Positions 17,148 to 29,595 of a DNA stretch of 64,000 nt are shown piece by piece. This stretch comes from Deltaproteobacteria bacterium. Its GTDB lineage: Bacteria > Myxococcota_A > UBA9160 > SMWR01. The notes beneath the pieces were generated by a model that worked only from the letters and a program-made list of their open reading frames with translations, had not been told where the DNA came from and ran no database searches. The position numbers were made by a program, and so were the translations under genes. Location of the stretch: positions 2,153 through 66,152 of the forward strand of contig JAFDDG010000008.1 of the NCBI GenBank assembly GCA_019310965.1. Reading direction: 5' to 3'. How positions within the stretch are numbered: position 1 is the first letter of the stretch; each line of letters opens with the position of its first letter.

Positions 17148-18473
17148 TCAGCTTCTGTCCGAGCTCGATCGTACGTGCACCAGCGCCAGGTCCATCACGT
17201 TGGTGCCGGTGGGCCCGGTGCGCAGCAGGCCCCCCTCCGCCGCAAAGAACGCATGCGAATCGTTGTCTGCCAACGCAGCCCGGGCGTCCACTCCGGCCGC
17301 AGCGCCCCGCGCCACGCTCGCGCCGTCCGCGAAGGCACCGGCGGCCTGCGTGGGGCCATCGCTGCCGTCCGTCCCCGCCGCCAGCAACGTCACGTGCCCC
17401 CGCCCCTCGAGCGCCAGAGCCGCCGCAAGGGCCAGCTCCTGGTTGCGCCCTCCCCGGCCACTGCCACGCACGCTGACGTGAGTCTCGCCGCCGGCCAGCA
17501 GCAGCAACGGCCGTGGAGGCCGTGCGCGCAGCGCGAGTCGCGCGAGCAGTGCCCCCGCATCCCGAGCCTCCCCCGCCAGCGGCGGCGAGAGCAGCCGCAC
17601 GTCGAGCCCCATGCGCACGGCGGCCCCGCGCGCCGCCTCGAGCGCGACGCGATTCGAGCCCACGATGCGGTGGCGCACGCCGCGCAGCGCCGGATCGCCG
17701 ACCGGCACCCCCACCGCTCCGGCTTGCGATGCGTCGCAGCGCGCGCGCACGCTCGCGGGCACGGCATCGAGCAGCCCCAGCTCGCACAGAGCGGCGCGAG
17801 CGTCGCCGGTATCCGTCGGCGCCGCCGTGAAAGGCCCGGATCCGATCACCTCGAGCGTATCGCCGGGCACGTCCGAAAGGACGAGCACTTCGATGCGCCG
17901 CGCCGCGCAGTGCCGCGCCAGGCGCCCCCCCGACGCGACCGTCAGCCGCCGTCGCACGGCATTGGTCTGCGCGATGTCCGCGCCGGCCTCGAGCAGCAGC
18001 TGGGTCGTCCGCGCCAGCTCTTCGGTGGTCACGCCGGGCAAGGGGCTGGCGAGCAGACTCGACGTTCCGCCGGAGAGCAGCACGCACACCACGTCGTCGG
18101 GCAGCGCCGCTTCGAGCATGCGCAATACCTGGGCCGCCGCCGCGACGCAGCTGGCGTCCGGCACCGGGTGGGCGGCCTCGATCAGGCGCACTCGCGACAG
18201 CGCGACGCCGTGACCGTGCTTCGTGACGGCCAGCCCGTCGACCAGCGCTTCACCCGCAATCGCTTCGAAGGCGGCGGCCATCGGGCCCGCGGCCTTGCCG
18301 AGTGCCAGCAAGCGCAGTCGCCCGTCGGTCGGCAGCACTTCGCCGGCGAGGAACAAACGGCCGGCCTCGCGCCGGAGCGCGCCGCGCACCGCCCCGGCGC
18401 CGTCGACCGCGGCCAGGGCCTCGCGAAAGATCGCCAGCAGCTGTGCGCGCGCCGGCTCGTCGGGTGCGCTCAC
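17148..18473 (-). CDS. Glycerate 2-kinase / hydroxypyruvate reductase family (DUF4147 + MOFRL)
   Basis: ALGKAAGPMA, LLSGGTSSL, GGETHVSVRGSGRGGRNQELALAAA, AAGTDGSDGPT. Confidence 0.8.
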   Translation of the reverse strand: MSAPDEPARAQLLAIFREALAAVDGAGAVRGALRREAGRLFLAGEVLPTDGRLRLLALGKAAGPMAAAFEAIAGEALVDGLAVTKHGHGVALSRVRLIEAAHPVPDASCVAAAAQVLRMLEAALPDDVVCVLLSGGTSSLLASPLPGVTTEELARTTQLLLEAGADIAQTNAVRRRLTVASGGRLARHCAARRIEVLVLSDVPGDTLEVIGSGPFTAAPTDTGDARAALCELGLLDAVPASVRARCDASQAGAVGVPVGDPALRGVRHRIVGSNRVALEAARGAAVRMGLDVRLLSPPLAGEARDAGALLARLALRARPPRPLLLLAGGETHVSVRGSGRGGRNQELALAAALALEGRGHVTLLAAGTDGSDGPTQAAGAFADGASVARGAAAGVDARAALADNDSHAFFAAEGGLLRTGPTGTNVMDLALVHVRSSSDRS

Positions 18474-19262
18474 GGCGCCGTCGCGGGCTCCGATTCGGCT
18501 GCGTGGACGCGCTCGGCAGCGGCAAATTCGTCCACCGGTTCCAGCGTGATCTCGATGCGGCGGTTGCGCGCGCGGCCCTCGGGCGTGGCGTTCGAGCCGC
18601 GCGGCAGAGTCCTACCGTGGGACACGGCCGAAAGGCGCTCGGAGGCCACGCCGCCCTCTTCGAGCAGCCGCACGACGCGGCTGGCGCGGGCGCCGGCCAG
18701 CTCCCAGTTGGTCGGGAAGTGAGACGACGAGATGGGAACATTGTCGGTGTGGCCGCGCACGACGATGGCGTTCGGGGCCTCCTTCACGCGCTGAGCCACT
18801 TTGCTGAGCACCTGACGGCCGGAAGCGTTCACCTCCGCCGAACCGCTCGAGAAGAGCACATCCTGGGTCAGATTGAGGCGCAAGCCCTCGCGCAGCTGCT
18901 CGATCTCGATCTCCCCGGAGGCCACTTCCGCCTCCAGGTCCTGCACCAGCCCCTCGTAGGTGTCTCGCAGCTTCTCGACTTCGCTGCTGCGCTCGTCGAG
19001 CTCCGCATCGCGGGCGGCCAGGCTCGCCGAGAGCTCGGCCTCGGTCTCGCGCAGGCTGCGGACGTCGCGATCGAGCTTCTCCTGCACGATGCGCAGGTCT
19101 TCGAGCTCGTCGATCAGCTTCACGCGCTCGGCGTCGAGGCTCTCCGTCGAGCGCTCGAGCTGCTCCACCCGGCGTTGCAGTGTGTCGCGCTCCTCGACGA
19201 CCGCGTTGTGGGTGCCACCGGTGACGCAACCGCCGGCAAGCGCCGCGATCGCGGCGAGGCTG

Positions 19263-21682
<2,420 letters not shown>

Positions 21683-21686
<4 letters not shown>

Positions 21687-22093
21687 TGCTCTTCCGCCTC
21701 TCCCTGGATCGCCACCTCGCGCTGCACTGGCGCGCGCTTCGGCAGCGTCACGGTCAGAAATCCGTCGGCGAGATGCGCACTCACTCCTTCGCGATCGAAG
21801 GGGATCGGCATGCGCAGCCGCCGCTCGAAGGGCCCGGTGGCAATTTCCATCTGGTGCAGGCGCCGCACGTCGGCGGGCTCCGGCGCCAGGCGCACGCCGC
21901 TGATGCGCAACGCATCGCCATCCACCGTCACCTGCAATTCCGCACCCTGCACACCCGCCAGCTCGAGACGAACGACGAGCTTCTTCTCCGTCTCGAAGAT
22001 ATCGACATCTGGCTGCCAGCGGTCGCCCTGCAGGCGATCGCGAAACTCACCGTACAGCTCGGCGAACGGATCATCTCGACGCCCGCTACTCAC
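21683..22093 (-). CDS. Hsp20/alpha-crystallin small heat-shock protein
   Basis: WQPDVDIFETEKKLVVRLELAGV...V..DGDALRISGVR..., 136 aa. Stop overlaps the lon start (ATGA). Confidence 0.9.
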
Positions 22094-22119
22094 GCTGCGA
22101 TCCCCCCGACGCGCGGACT

Positions 22120-24039
22120 TCAGTCCTCGCGCTTCTCTTCCGTGTACTCGGCATCGACGACTTCGGCGTCTTCCGGCTCATCGCCCCCCGGCGCCGCATC
22201 GGCGGTTTCCGGCGCCGTGCCTTCATTCGCCGTCTGCGCCTTGTAGAGCACCTCCGCAAGCTTGTGGAGCTCCTGCTCGAGCTTCTGTCGCGCCGCATCC
22301 AGCCGCGCCGGATCGTCGCTCTCGAGCTCCTTGCGGGCGTCCTGGAGCGCCGTCTCGATGCCGGTGCGCTCCGCCTCGGGCAGCTTGTCGCCGTTCTCGT
22401 TCAGCTGCTTGTCACCCTGGTAGATGAGACCGTCGAGAGAGTTGTGCTTCTCCACCGTTTCCTTGCGCGCCGCGTCCTCGCTGGCGTGCTGATCGGCGTC
22501 GGCCATCATTCGATCGATCTCTTCCTTGGCGAGCCCACCGCTGCCCTCGATGCGAATCGACTGCTCCTTGTCCGACGCCTTGTCCTTCGCGTGCACCGCA
22601 AGGATGCCGTTGGCGTCGATGTCGAAGGTCACCTCGATCTGCGGCATGCCCCGGGGCGCGGGCGGTATCCCGTCCAGAATGAACTTGCCGAGAGTGCGAT
22701 TGCCCGATGTCACCTCGCGTTCGCCCTGCAGGACGTGAATCTCCACCTGCGGCTGGCTATCCGACGCCGTGGAGAAGATCTGACTGCGCTTGGTGGGGAT
22801 GGTGGTGTTCTTGTCGATGAGCTTCGTCATCACGCCGCCCATCGTCTCGATGCCGAGGGAGAGCGGCGTAACGTCGAGGAGCAGCACGTCGTGCACGTCA
22901 CCGGCCAGGACGCCGCCCTGCACGGCCGCGCCCACCGCCACCACTTCGTCCGGGTTCACGGTCTTGTTCGGCTCCTTGCCGAAGAGCTCCTGCACCTTCT
23001 GCTGCACCAGCGGAATGCGCGTCGAGCCACCGACCACGACGACCTCGTCGATCTCGGAGGTCGAGAAGCCCGAGTCCGCCAGTGCCTTGCGACACGGCTC
23101 GAGAGTGCGCTCGACCAGATCTTCGATCAGCTGCTCGAACTTCGCCCGCGAGAGCTTCATCGTGAGGTGCTTCGGCCCGGTCTGGTCCGCGGTGATGTAA
23201 GGCAGGTTGATGTCCGTGCTCTGGGCCGTCGAGAGCTCGACCTTGGCCTTCTCCGCGGCCTCCCGCAGGCGCTGCAAGGCCATCGCATCCTGGGAGAGGT
23301 CGACGCCCTGGTCTTTCTTGAACTCGGCCACCAGGTACTCGATCACACGGTGATCGAGGTTGTCGCCGCCCAGGTGAGTGTCGCCGTTGGTGGCCTTCAC
23401 CTCGACGACGTTGTCACCCACCTCCAGGATCGAGATGTCGAAGGTGCCGCCGCCAAAGTCGTAGACGGCAATCTTCTCGTCGGACTTCTTGTCGAGGCCG
23501 TAGGCGAGCGCGGCCGCCGTGGGTTCGTTGATGATGCGCTTGACGTCGAGACCCGCGATGGCACCGGCATCCTTCGTCGCCTGGCGCTGGGCATCGTTGA
23601 AGTAGGCGGGGACCGTGATCACCGCAGCGGAGACCTCCACGCCCAGGTAGGCCTCGGCGGCGGCCTTCAGCTTCTGGAGCACCATGGCCGCGATCTCCGG
23701 GGGCGCCAGTGTCTTGCCCTCCAGCTGCACGACGACCGTACCGTCCTTGCCCTCGATCACCTCGAACGGAACCAGGCTCATCTCCTCGGAAACCTCCGAG
23801 AGGCGCCGGCCCATGAACCGCTTGATGGAATAGATCGTGCCCGTTGGGTTGGTGACGGACTGGCGCTTGGCGATCGCGCCCACCAGCCGTTCCCCGTCTT
23901 CTCCAAAGCTGACGACGGAGGGCGTCGTGCGCCCGCCTTCCTCGTTCGCGATCACGGTGGGCTGACCGCCCTCCATGACCGCCACCACCGAATTCGTGGT
24001 GCCGAGGTCGATGCCAATGACCTTGCCCGAACCTGCCAT
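22120..24039 (-). CDS. dnaK: Molecular chaperone DnaK (Hsp70)
   Basis: [29 protein letters not shown] and other canonical Hsp70 signatures. Confidence 0.97.
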   Translation of the reverse strand: MAGSGKVIGIDLGTTNSVVAVMEGGQPTVIANEEGGRTTPSVVSFGEDGERLVGAIAKRQSVTNPTGTIYSIKRFMGRRLSEVSEEMSLVPFEVIEGKDGTVVVQLEGKTLAPPEIAAMVLQKLKAAAEAYLGVEVSAAVITVPAYFNDAQRQATKDAGAIAGLDVKRIINEPTAAALAYGLDKKSDEKIAVYDFGGGTFDISILEVGDNVVEVKATNGDTHLGGDNLDHRVIEYLVAEFKKDQGVDLSQDAMALQRLREAAEKAKVELSTAQSTDINLPYITADQTGPKHLTMKLSRAKFEQLIEDLVERTLEPCRKALADSGFSTSEIDEVVVVGGSTRIPLVQQKVQELFGKEPNKTVNPDEVVAVGAAVQGGVLAGDVHDVLLLDVTPLSLGIETMGGVMTKLIDKNTTIPTKRSQIFSTASDSQPQVEIHVLQGEREVTSGNRTLGKFILDGIPPAPRGMPQIEVTFDIDANGILAVHAKDKASDKEQSIRIEGSGGLAKEEIDRMMADADQHASEDAARKETVEKHNSLDGLIYQGDKQLNENGDKLPEAERTGIETALQDARKELESDDPARLDAARQKLEQELHKLAEVLYKAQTANEGTAPETADAAPGGDEPEDAEVVDAEYTEEKRED

Positions 24040-24149
24040 ACCCTTCTCGTGCCTCCATCTCAGCGCTAGCGTTCCGTGAGCGGTGGAATCGGCCCGAAGG
24101 CCGGCCTCCCACCCTGCACCGGCCGCTCCGGGGAGCGTGACCGAGGGCG

Positions 24150-24179
24150 AAACGTGGCCACCGGAAGGCGCCTGTCAAC
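24150..24179 (-). promoter_or_regulatory. Candidate sigma-32-like heat-shock promoter for dnaK
   Basis: The minus strand reads GTTGACA-N15-CCACGTTT about 110-140 nt upstream of the dnaK ATG (compare CTTGAAA-N13-15-CCCCATnT). Confidence 0.3.
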
Positions 24180-24236
24180 TTTCTCGGCGCAATTCGGCAG
24201 AACGTGGCTACTTCCACCCACGCAGAACCTCGCGAG

Positions 24237-24252
24237 TGTGAAGAGTGTCACA
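24237..24252. promoter_or_regulatory. Perfect CRP/FNR-type palindrome TGTGA-N6-TCACA
   Basis: tgtgaagagtgtcaca read directly. It is centred about 40 nt upstream of the start site predicted from a GATAAT -10 box at 24273-24278, in the dnaK/gspC divergent region. Confidence 0.35.
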
Positions 24253-24392
24253 AGTCGTGGGGCAGGCTGGCCGATAATTGGAAAGCGTCGGTCTAACTCC
24301 TCGGAATCACGAAGGATCCCGTTGAGGCCCCCCGGTGCCGAGGTATACTGCCGCTCCCGCCGGTCGGGCGGCGAGGGGAGCCTGTCAACGCC

Positions 24393-25307
24393 ATGAGCCG
24401 ATACCTGAGCTGGCTCGCGAACGGGACGTTGCTCGTCCTGTGCTGCTTCCTGCTGGCGAACACGGCGAATGCCGTGATCGCGTCCTGGCTGGCACCTTCG
24501 CCGGACGAGGTGGCTGCCGACATCGCCCCCGCCGCCGCCACGGATCGCTCCTGGAGCCAGCGCCAGCTGATCCTCGACCGCAACCTTTTCAACGCCTCGC
24601 TGAAGGCGAGCGAGCTGCTGCTGCCGCCGACACCGCCGACCGAGGAGCTGGAGACCACCGCGCTTCCGCTCTCGCTGATCGGCACCGCGGCCATGGCGGA
24701 CCCGACCGAGTCCTGGGCAGCCGTGCAGGACAACGACGCCCGCAAGCACCTGGTGCTGCAGCAGGGCGACAGCGTGAAGGGCAAGGCGACGATCGAGCGC
24801 ATCGAGCCAAAGCGCATCGTGCTGCGCGAGAACGGCGAGCTGCGCGAGCTGGCCCTCTCCGATGAGCCGGCGCCAGCACCGCGCGCCAAGAAGTCCAAAC
24901 GCAGCAACCGCCGCAGCGCAGCTCGACGCGCGAAGCGCCCGCGCAGCCGCCGAGCGGCGCGTACCCCCACCCCCATCCCCACCCCCGCCGCCCCGCCGCG
25001 ACGCTCCGAGAATCGGCTGGCCGATGCGGCGGAACTCTTCTCCCAGGCGAACCTGGTGCCGAAGTTCGAGAACGGCGAGATGGTCGGAGTGCAGGTCGAC
25101 GCCGTCGAGCCCGGCAGCTTCTTCGAGGCCGCCGGCATCCAGAGCGGCGAGGTCATCACCGAGCTGAACGGCATCCGCATCAGCAGCCCGGAGCAGAGCC
25201 AGCAGGCCCTCGCCGAATTCGCCGAGGGCGACATCATCAAGGTGAAGATCCTCGGAGCCGACGGCGTCGCCAAGGAAGTCGAATTGCCGCTGAACCCGAC
25301 CCAGTAG
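24393..25307 (+). CDS. gspC: Type II secretion system protein GspC
   Basis: N-terminal TM (LLVLCCFLLANTANAVI), basic Pro/Arg linker, C-terminal PDZ (GVQVDAVEPGSFFEAAGIQSGEVITELNG). First gene of the gsp cluster. Confidence 0.75.
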   Translation: MSRYLSWLANGTLLVLCCFLLANTANAVIASWLAPSPDEVAADIAPAAATDRSWSQRQLILDRNLFNASLKASELLLPPTPPTEELETTALPLSLIGTAAMADPTESWAAVQDNDARKHLVLQQGDSVKGKATIERIEPKRIVLRENGELRELALSDEPAPAPRAKKSKRSNRRSAARRAKRPRSRRAARTPTPIPTPAAPPRRSENRLADAAELFSQANLVPKFENGEMVGVQVDAVEPGSFFEAAGIQSGEVITELNGIRISSPEQSQQALAEFAEGDIIKVKILGADGVAKEVELPLNPTQ

Positions 25308-25316
25308 AGGCCCTGC

Positions 25317-27815
25317 GTGAAGACGTTCTCCCACATCCAAACAGCCCGCACTCGCCTCGCCAGCTGGCTGTGCGCCGCACTGCTGCTCGCCGCGGCGGGG
25401 GCCGTAGCCGACGACCTCGACGTTGGCCGCGACCTGGTGCACCTGGATTTCCAGAACGCCGAGATCACGGCCGTGATCGACACCATCGCGAAGATGACCG
25501 GCACGAACTTCATCTACGACGATCGGGTGCGCGGGCGCGTCACCATCGTCTCCCCCACGCCGATGGCGAAGGAGCAGGCCTACGCGGTCTTCGAGTCGGT
25601 GCTGCAGGTCAAGGGCTTCACCACCGTGCGAACCCCCGGCGGTGCGCTCAAGGTGATCCCCCTGCGCGACGCCAAGGAAACCAACCTCGAAACGTCGCGC
25701 TCGACGCTGCCGCCGCGAAATCGCGACACCTTCATCACCCGGCTGATTCCGCTGCGCTACATCGACTCCGAATCGATCGTCAACACGCTGAAGCCGCTGA
25801 TCTCGAAGGAAGCGGCCATCGCCTCCTACGCGCCGACCAATACGGTGATCCTCACCGAATCGTCGTCGAACATCCGGCGCGTGATCGCCATCCTCGAGAG
25901 CATCGACATCGAGACCTACCGCGAGGAGCTGACGGTGATTCGCGTGGAGTACGCGGACGCGGCCACCATGGCCAGCCAGATCGCGGACATCTTCGGCGCC
26001 GAGGTGAGCTCCGCCGCCGCCACCAGCCGCCGGCGCACGTCGCGGCGCAGCAGCGCCAAGGCGACGCCGACACCGACGGCACGGCCCGCCGGCGATCTCG
26101 GCAAGGTGCGCATCATCACCGACGACCGCACCAACTCGCTGATCGTGCTGGCGCCGCGCACCCAGATCGAGGAGGTGCGGCGGCTGATCCGCAAGCTCGA
26201 CGTGCCGGTGACCGGTGGCGGGCGCATCCACGTCTACTACCTGCAGCACGCCGACGCCGAGGATCTGGCGCAGACGCTCTCGTCGATGCTGTCGGGCAGC
26301 TCCGGCGGGCCCCGCGGCGGCGAAGGCGGCGCCCAGGCGATTCGTGCGGCGGTGGTGGGGCTGACCGAGGGCATCAGCGTCACGGCCGATCCGGCCACCA
26401 ACGCGCTGGTGATCCAGGCGAGCAAGGAAGGCTTCAGCACCCTGCGGGCGGTGATCGAGCAGCTCGACGTGGCGCGACCGCAGGTGCTGGTCGAAGCGCT
26501 GATCATGGAGGTGGACATCAGCGATGCGGAAGCGCTCGGGTTCGACGGACTGGTGCGGCTGGTTGGAGACAACTACGACCTCACGATTGCGCAGAACTCC
26601 GGTGGCAGCACTCTCAACTCAGGAGCTGCTGCTGCTGCTGCTGCAACCGGCGGCGCATCGGTGGCGCTTCCTTTCTTGATGAACTTCTTCAGCAGCACGG
26701 CCGACTTCGACGAAGACGGCAACCCAACCAGCTCGGGCACCGTCATCAACGGCATCATCCAAGCCGCCAACCGCGACGCGGGCACCAACATCCTCTCGGC
26801 ACCGCACATCTTGACCTCGGACAACGAGGAGGCCGAGATCCGCGTCGGCGACAACATCCCGATCATCAGCAGCCGCATCCAGTCGGCGGCGGGCAGCGAC
26901 ACCGACACCGCCAATCTCGCCACCTCGGTGAACGTCGAGCGCCAGGACATCGGCGTCACGCTGCGAGTGACGCCGCAGATCACCGAGGGCGACACGCTGC
27001 GCATGGAGATCTACCAGGAGATCACCTCCTTGAACGAGGCGATCCAGGAGGACGTTGGCGTCGTCGAGGATGTGGGCCCGGCCCTCTCGAACCGCCGCAT
27101 CGAGAACACCGTCGTGGTGGCGGACGGCGAGACCATCGTGATCGGCGGACTGATCGGCGAGAAGTACGAGGACACCATCAACAAGGTGCCGTGGTTCGGC
27201 GACATTCCCTTCCTGGGCTGGGCCTTCAAGTCCACGAAGCGCTCGCTGGTAAAGACCAATCTGCTGGTCTTCCTGACGCCCCACATCATCCGCTCGAAGG
27301 AGGACCTCGAGTACCAGACGATCCGCAAGCGCGACGAATTCGTCAGCCGCGCCCAGCGCGCGTTGGAGCTCTCCGAACGCGAGCAGGCCTACGAGCGCGC
27401 CGAGATGAAGGCCGCGCTCGAAGCCGGTGAACCCTACGAGCCGGGCCGGGGCCTCAACCCGGTGCGCCACGCGATCCTCGACCACGAGAGTCGCTACCCG
27501 CTCGAACGCGCGGGGGAGATCGAGGCGACCCAGCGAGCCGCGCTCGAGCGGGCCGCGGCCGAGCCGGCCGGCCCGAGCTACTTCGTGCAGGCGGGCCTCT
27601 ACGGCGACGAGGGCCAGGCCGTGGAGGTGCTGACCGAGCTGATCGACCTGGGCTTCGACGGCAACCTGCTCTCCGGCGAGCGCGGCGGCGCCCTGCTCTA
27701 CGAGGTGCGGGTGGGCCCCTACGAGACGCTGGGAGAGGCGAGCAGTGCCGAGACGGTGCTCGAACGCTCCCAGGGCCTGACGCCCGCCATCTTGATCGAG
27801 AAGGCTGCCGAATGA
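25317..27815 (+). CDS. gspD: Type II secretion system secretin GspD with C-terminal SPOR-like domain
   Basis: Signal peptide, N0-N3 domains, secretin core (VPWFGDIPFLGWAFK...NLLVFLTPHII). An extra C-terminal block of about 80 aa, YFVQAGLYGDEGQA...YEVRVGPYETLGEA, resembles SPOR. Confidence 0.92.
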   Translation: MKTFSHIQTARTRLASWLCAALLLAAAGAVADDLDVGRDLVHLDFQNAEITAVIDTIAKMTGTNFIYDDRVRGRVTIVSPTPMAKEQAYAVFESVLQVKGFTTVRTPGGALKVIPLRDAKETNLETSRSTLPPRNRDTFITRLIPLRYIDSESIVNTLKPLISKEAAIASYAPTNTVILTESSSNIRRVIAILESIDIETYREELTVIRVEYADAATMASQIADIFGAEVSSAAATSRRRTSRRSSAKATPTPTARPAGDLGKVRIITDDRTNSLIVLAPRTQIEEVRRLIRKLDVPVTGGGRIHVYYLQHADAEDLAQTLSSMLSGSSGGPRGGEGGAQAIRAAVVGLTEGISVTADPATNALVIQASKEGFSTLRAVIEQLDVARPQVLVEALIMEVDISDAEALGFDGLVRLVGDNYDLTIAQNSGGSTLNSGAAAAAAATGGASVALPFLMNFFSSTADFDEDGNPTSSGTVINGIIQAANRDAGTNILSAPHILTSDNEEAEIRVGDNIPIISSRIQSAAGSDTDTANLATSVNVERQDIGVTLRVTPQITEGDTLRMEIYQEITSLNEAIQEDVGVVEDVGPALSNRRIENTVVVADGETIVIGGLIGEKYEDTINKVPWFGDIPFLGWAFKSTKRSLVKTNLLVFLTPHIIRSKEDLEYQTIRKRDEFVSRAQRALELSEREQAYERAEMKAALEAGEPYEPGRGLNPVRHAILDHESRYPLERAGEIEATQRAALERAAAEPAGPSYFVQAGLYGDEGQAVEVLTELIDLGFDGNLLSGERGGALLYEVRVGPYETLGEASSAETVLERSQGLTPAILIEKAAE

Positions 27816-29584
27816 GCGAAGCGCCCGTCCCCGCAGCGGCCAGCGCCGCGCCGCGCCCGGGCCCGGGCCGGCTCGATCTCGGCGAGATCCTGCTGCAGAC
27901 CTCGAGCCTCAGCGGGGAGCAGCTCGAGCAGGCGCGCCAGAAACAGGCCGAGACCGGGCACCGGCTGGCGGACGTGCTGGTGGCGGCCAATTGGGTGTCC
28001 TCGGACGAGGTGCTGGAGGCGCTCTCGCGTCAGCTCGATCTGCCCGTGCGGCCGAGCATCCGCATCGACGTGGTCGACGAGACGCTGATCGAGCGGGTGC
28101 CGATTTCCTTCTGCAAGAACCACGTGTTGCTGCCACTCGAGCGCGAGGCCGACGGCTCGGTGCGGGTGGCGGTGTGCAACCCGCACGATCTCGGCCCGCT
28201 CGACGATCTGCGCATGCTCTTCGGCGGTGCCGAGATCCGCCTCGAGCTCGCCAACCAACGCACGATCCTCGGCGCCATCAACGAGGTCTACGACCGCGGA
28301 CCCGGCTCGACGGACGCACTGGCCGAGGACGCGGCGGAAGACCTCGACCACCTCGCCGAGGAGCTCAGCCACGAGCCCCAGGACCTGCTCGACGCAGCGG
28401 ACGACGCACCGATCATCAAGCTGGTGAACTCGATGATGCAGCACGCCGTCAAGGAACGCGCCAGCGACGTGCACCTCGAGCCCTTCGAGAACGAGGTGCG
28501 CGTGCGCTTCCGCATCGACGACGTGCTGTACGAGCCGATGAAGCCGCTGCCTCGGGCGCTCCAGGCCAGCATCGTCTCGCGCATCAAGATCATGGGCGGC
28601 CTCAACATCGCCGAGAAGCGCCTGCCCCAGGACGGGCGCATCCGGCTCAAGATCGCCGGCCGCGACTACGACGTGCGCCTCTCCACGGTGCCGATCGCCC
28701 ACGGCGAACGCGTCGTGATGCGTCTGCTGCCGCGCACGCAGGACCTGCTCGACATGCAGCGCATCGGGTTCAGCGAGAAGCAGCAGGCCGTGCTGGACAA
28801 GCTGATCACGCGGCCGAACGGCATCCTGCTGGTCACGGGGCCCACCGGCAGCGGCAAGACCACCACGCTCTACGCGGCACTCTCGAAGATCAACTCGACG
28901 GACAAGAACATCATCACCATCGAGGACCCGGTCGAGATCCAGCTCGCCGGTGTCGGCCAGATCGAGGTGAAGCCCTCCATCGGTCTCAGCTTCGCCGACG
29001 GCCTGCGCTCGGTGTTGCGTCAGGATCCCAACGTGATCCTGGTGGGCGAGATCCGCGACATCGAGACGGCGGAGATCGCGATCCAGGCGTCACTCACCGG
29101 TCACCTGGTGTTCTCGACGCTGCACACCAACGACGCACCCAGCGCCATCACGCGCCTCGTCGACATGGGGGTGGAGCCCTTCCTGGTGGCCTCGTCGCTG
29201 GTGGCGGTCCTGGCACAGCGCCTGGTGCGCGTGCTCTGCAAGGATTGCCGCGAGTCCTATGAGATGAGCCGCGAAGAGCTGATCGAGCTCGGCTTGCGCC
29301 CGCCGGACCGCGCGGTGCCGGCCTTCCGGCCCACCGGTTGTGCGGGCTGCAACTACACCGGCTACCGCGGCCGGCTCGGCATCTTCGAACTCATGTTGAT
29401 CGACGACGCGATCCGGGGCCTGGTGACGCAGAACATCGACTCCAAGTCGATCAAGAAACTGGCGCAGAAACAGGGCATGCACCCCCTGCGCTCCGACGGC
29501 GCTCGCAAGGTGCTCCAGGGCATCACCTCCGTGGCCGAAGTGCTTCGCGCCACCGAGGAAGAGGGCGTCGTGGCCCAGGTCTAG
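27812..29584 (+). CDS. gspE: Type II secretion ATPase GspE
   Basis: Walker A GPTGSGKTTT, Walker B ILVGEIRD, His box, tetracysteine CKDC...CAGC. N-terminal T2SSE_N/MshEN-like domain. ATGA overlap with gspD. Confidence 0.93.
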   Translation: MSEAPVPAAASAAPRPGPGRLDLGEILLQTSSLSGEQLEQARQKQAETGHRLADVLVAANWVSSDEVLEALSRQLDLPVRPSIRIDVVDETLIERVPISFCKNHVLLPLEREADGSVRVAVCNPHDLGPLDDLRMLFGGAEIRLELANQRTILGAINEVYDRGPGSTDALAEDAAEDLDHLAEELSHEPQDLLDAADDAPIIKLVNSMMQHAVKERASDVHLEPFENEVRVRFRIDDVLYEPMKPLPRALQASIVSRIKIMGGLNIAEKRLPQDGRIRLKIAGRDYDVRLSTVPIAHGERVVMRLLPRTQDLLDMQRIGFSEKQQAVLDKLITRPNGILLVTGPTGSGKTTTLYAALSKINSTDKNIITIEDPVEIQLAGVGQIEVKPSIGLSFADGLRSVLRQDPNVILVGEIRDIETAEIAIQASLTGHLVFSTLHTNDAPSAITRLVDMGVEPFLVASSLVAVLAQRLVRVLCKDCRESYEMSREELIELGLRPPDRAVPAFRPTGCAGCNYTGYRGRLGIFELMLIDDAIRGLVTQNIDSKSIKKLAQKQGMHPLRSDGARKVLQGITSVAEVLRATEEEGVVAQV

Positions 29585-29595
29585 GGTCCGCAGCG

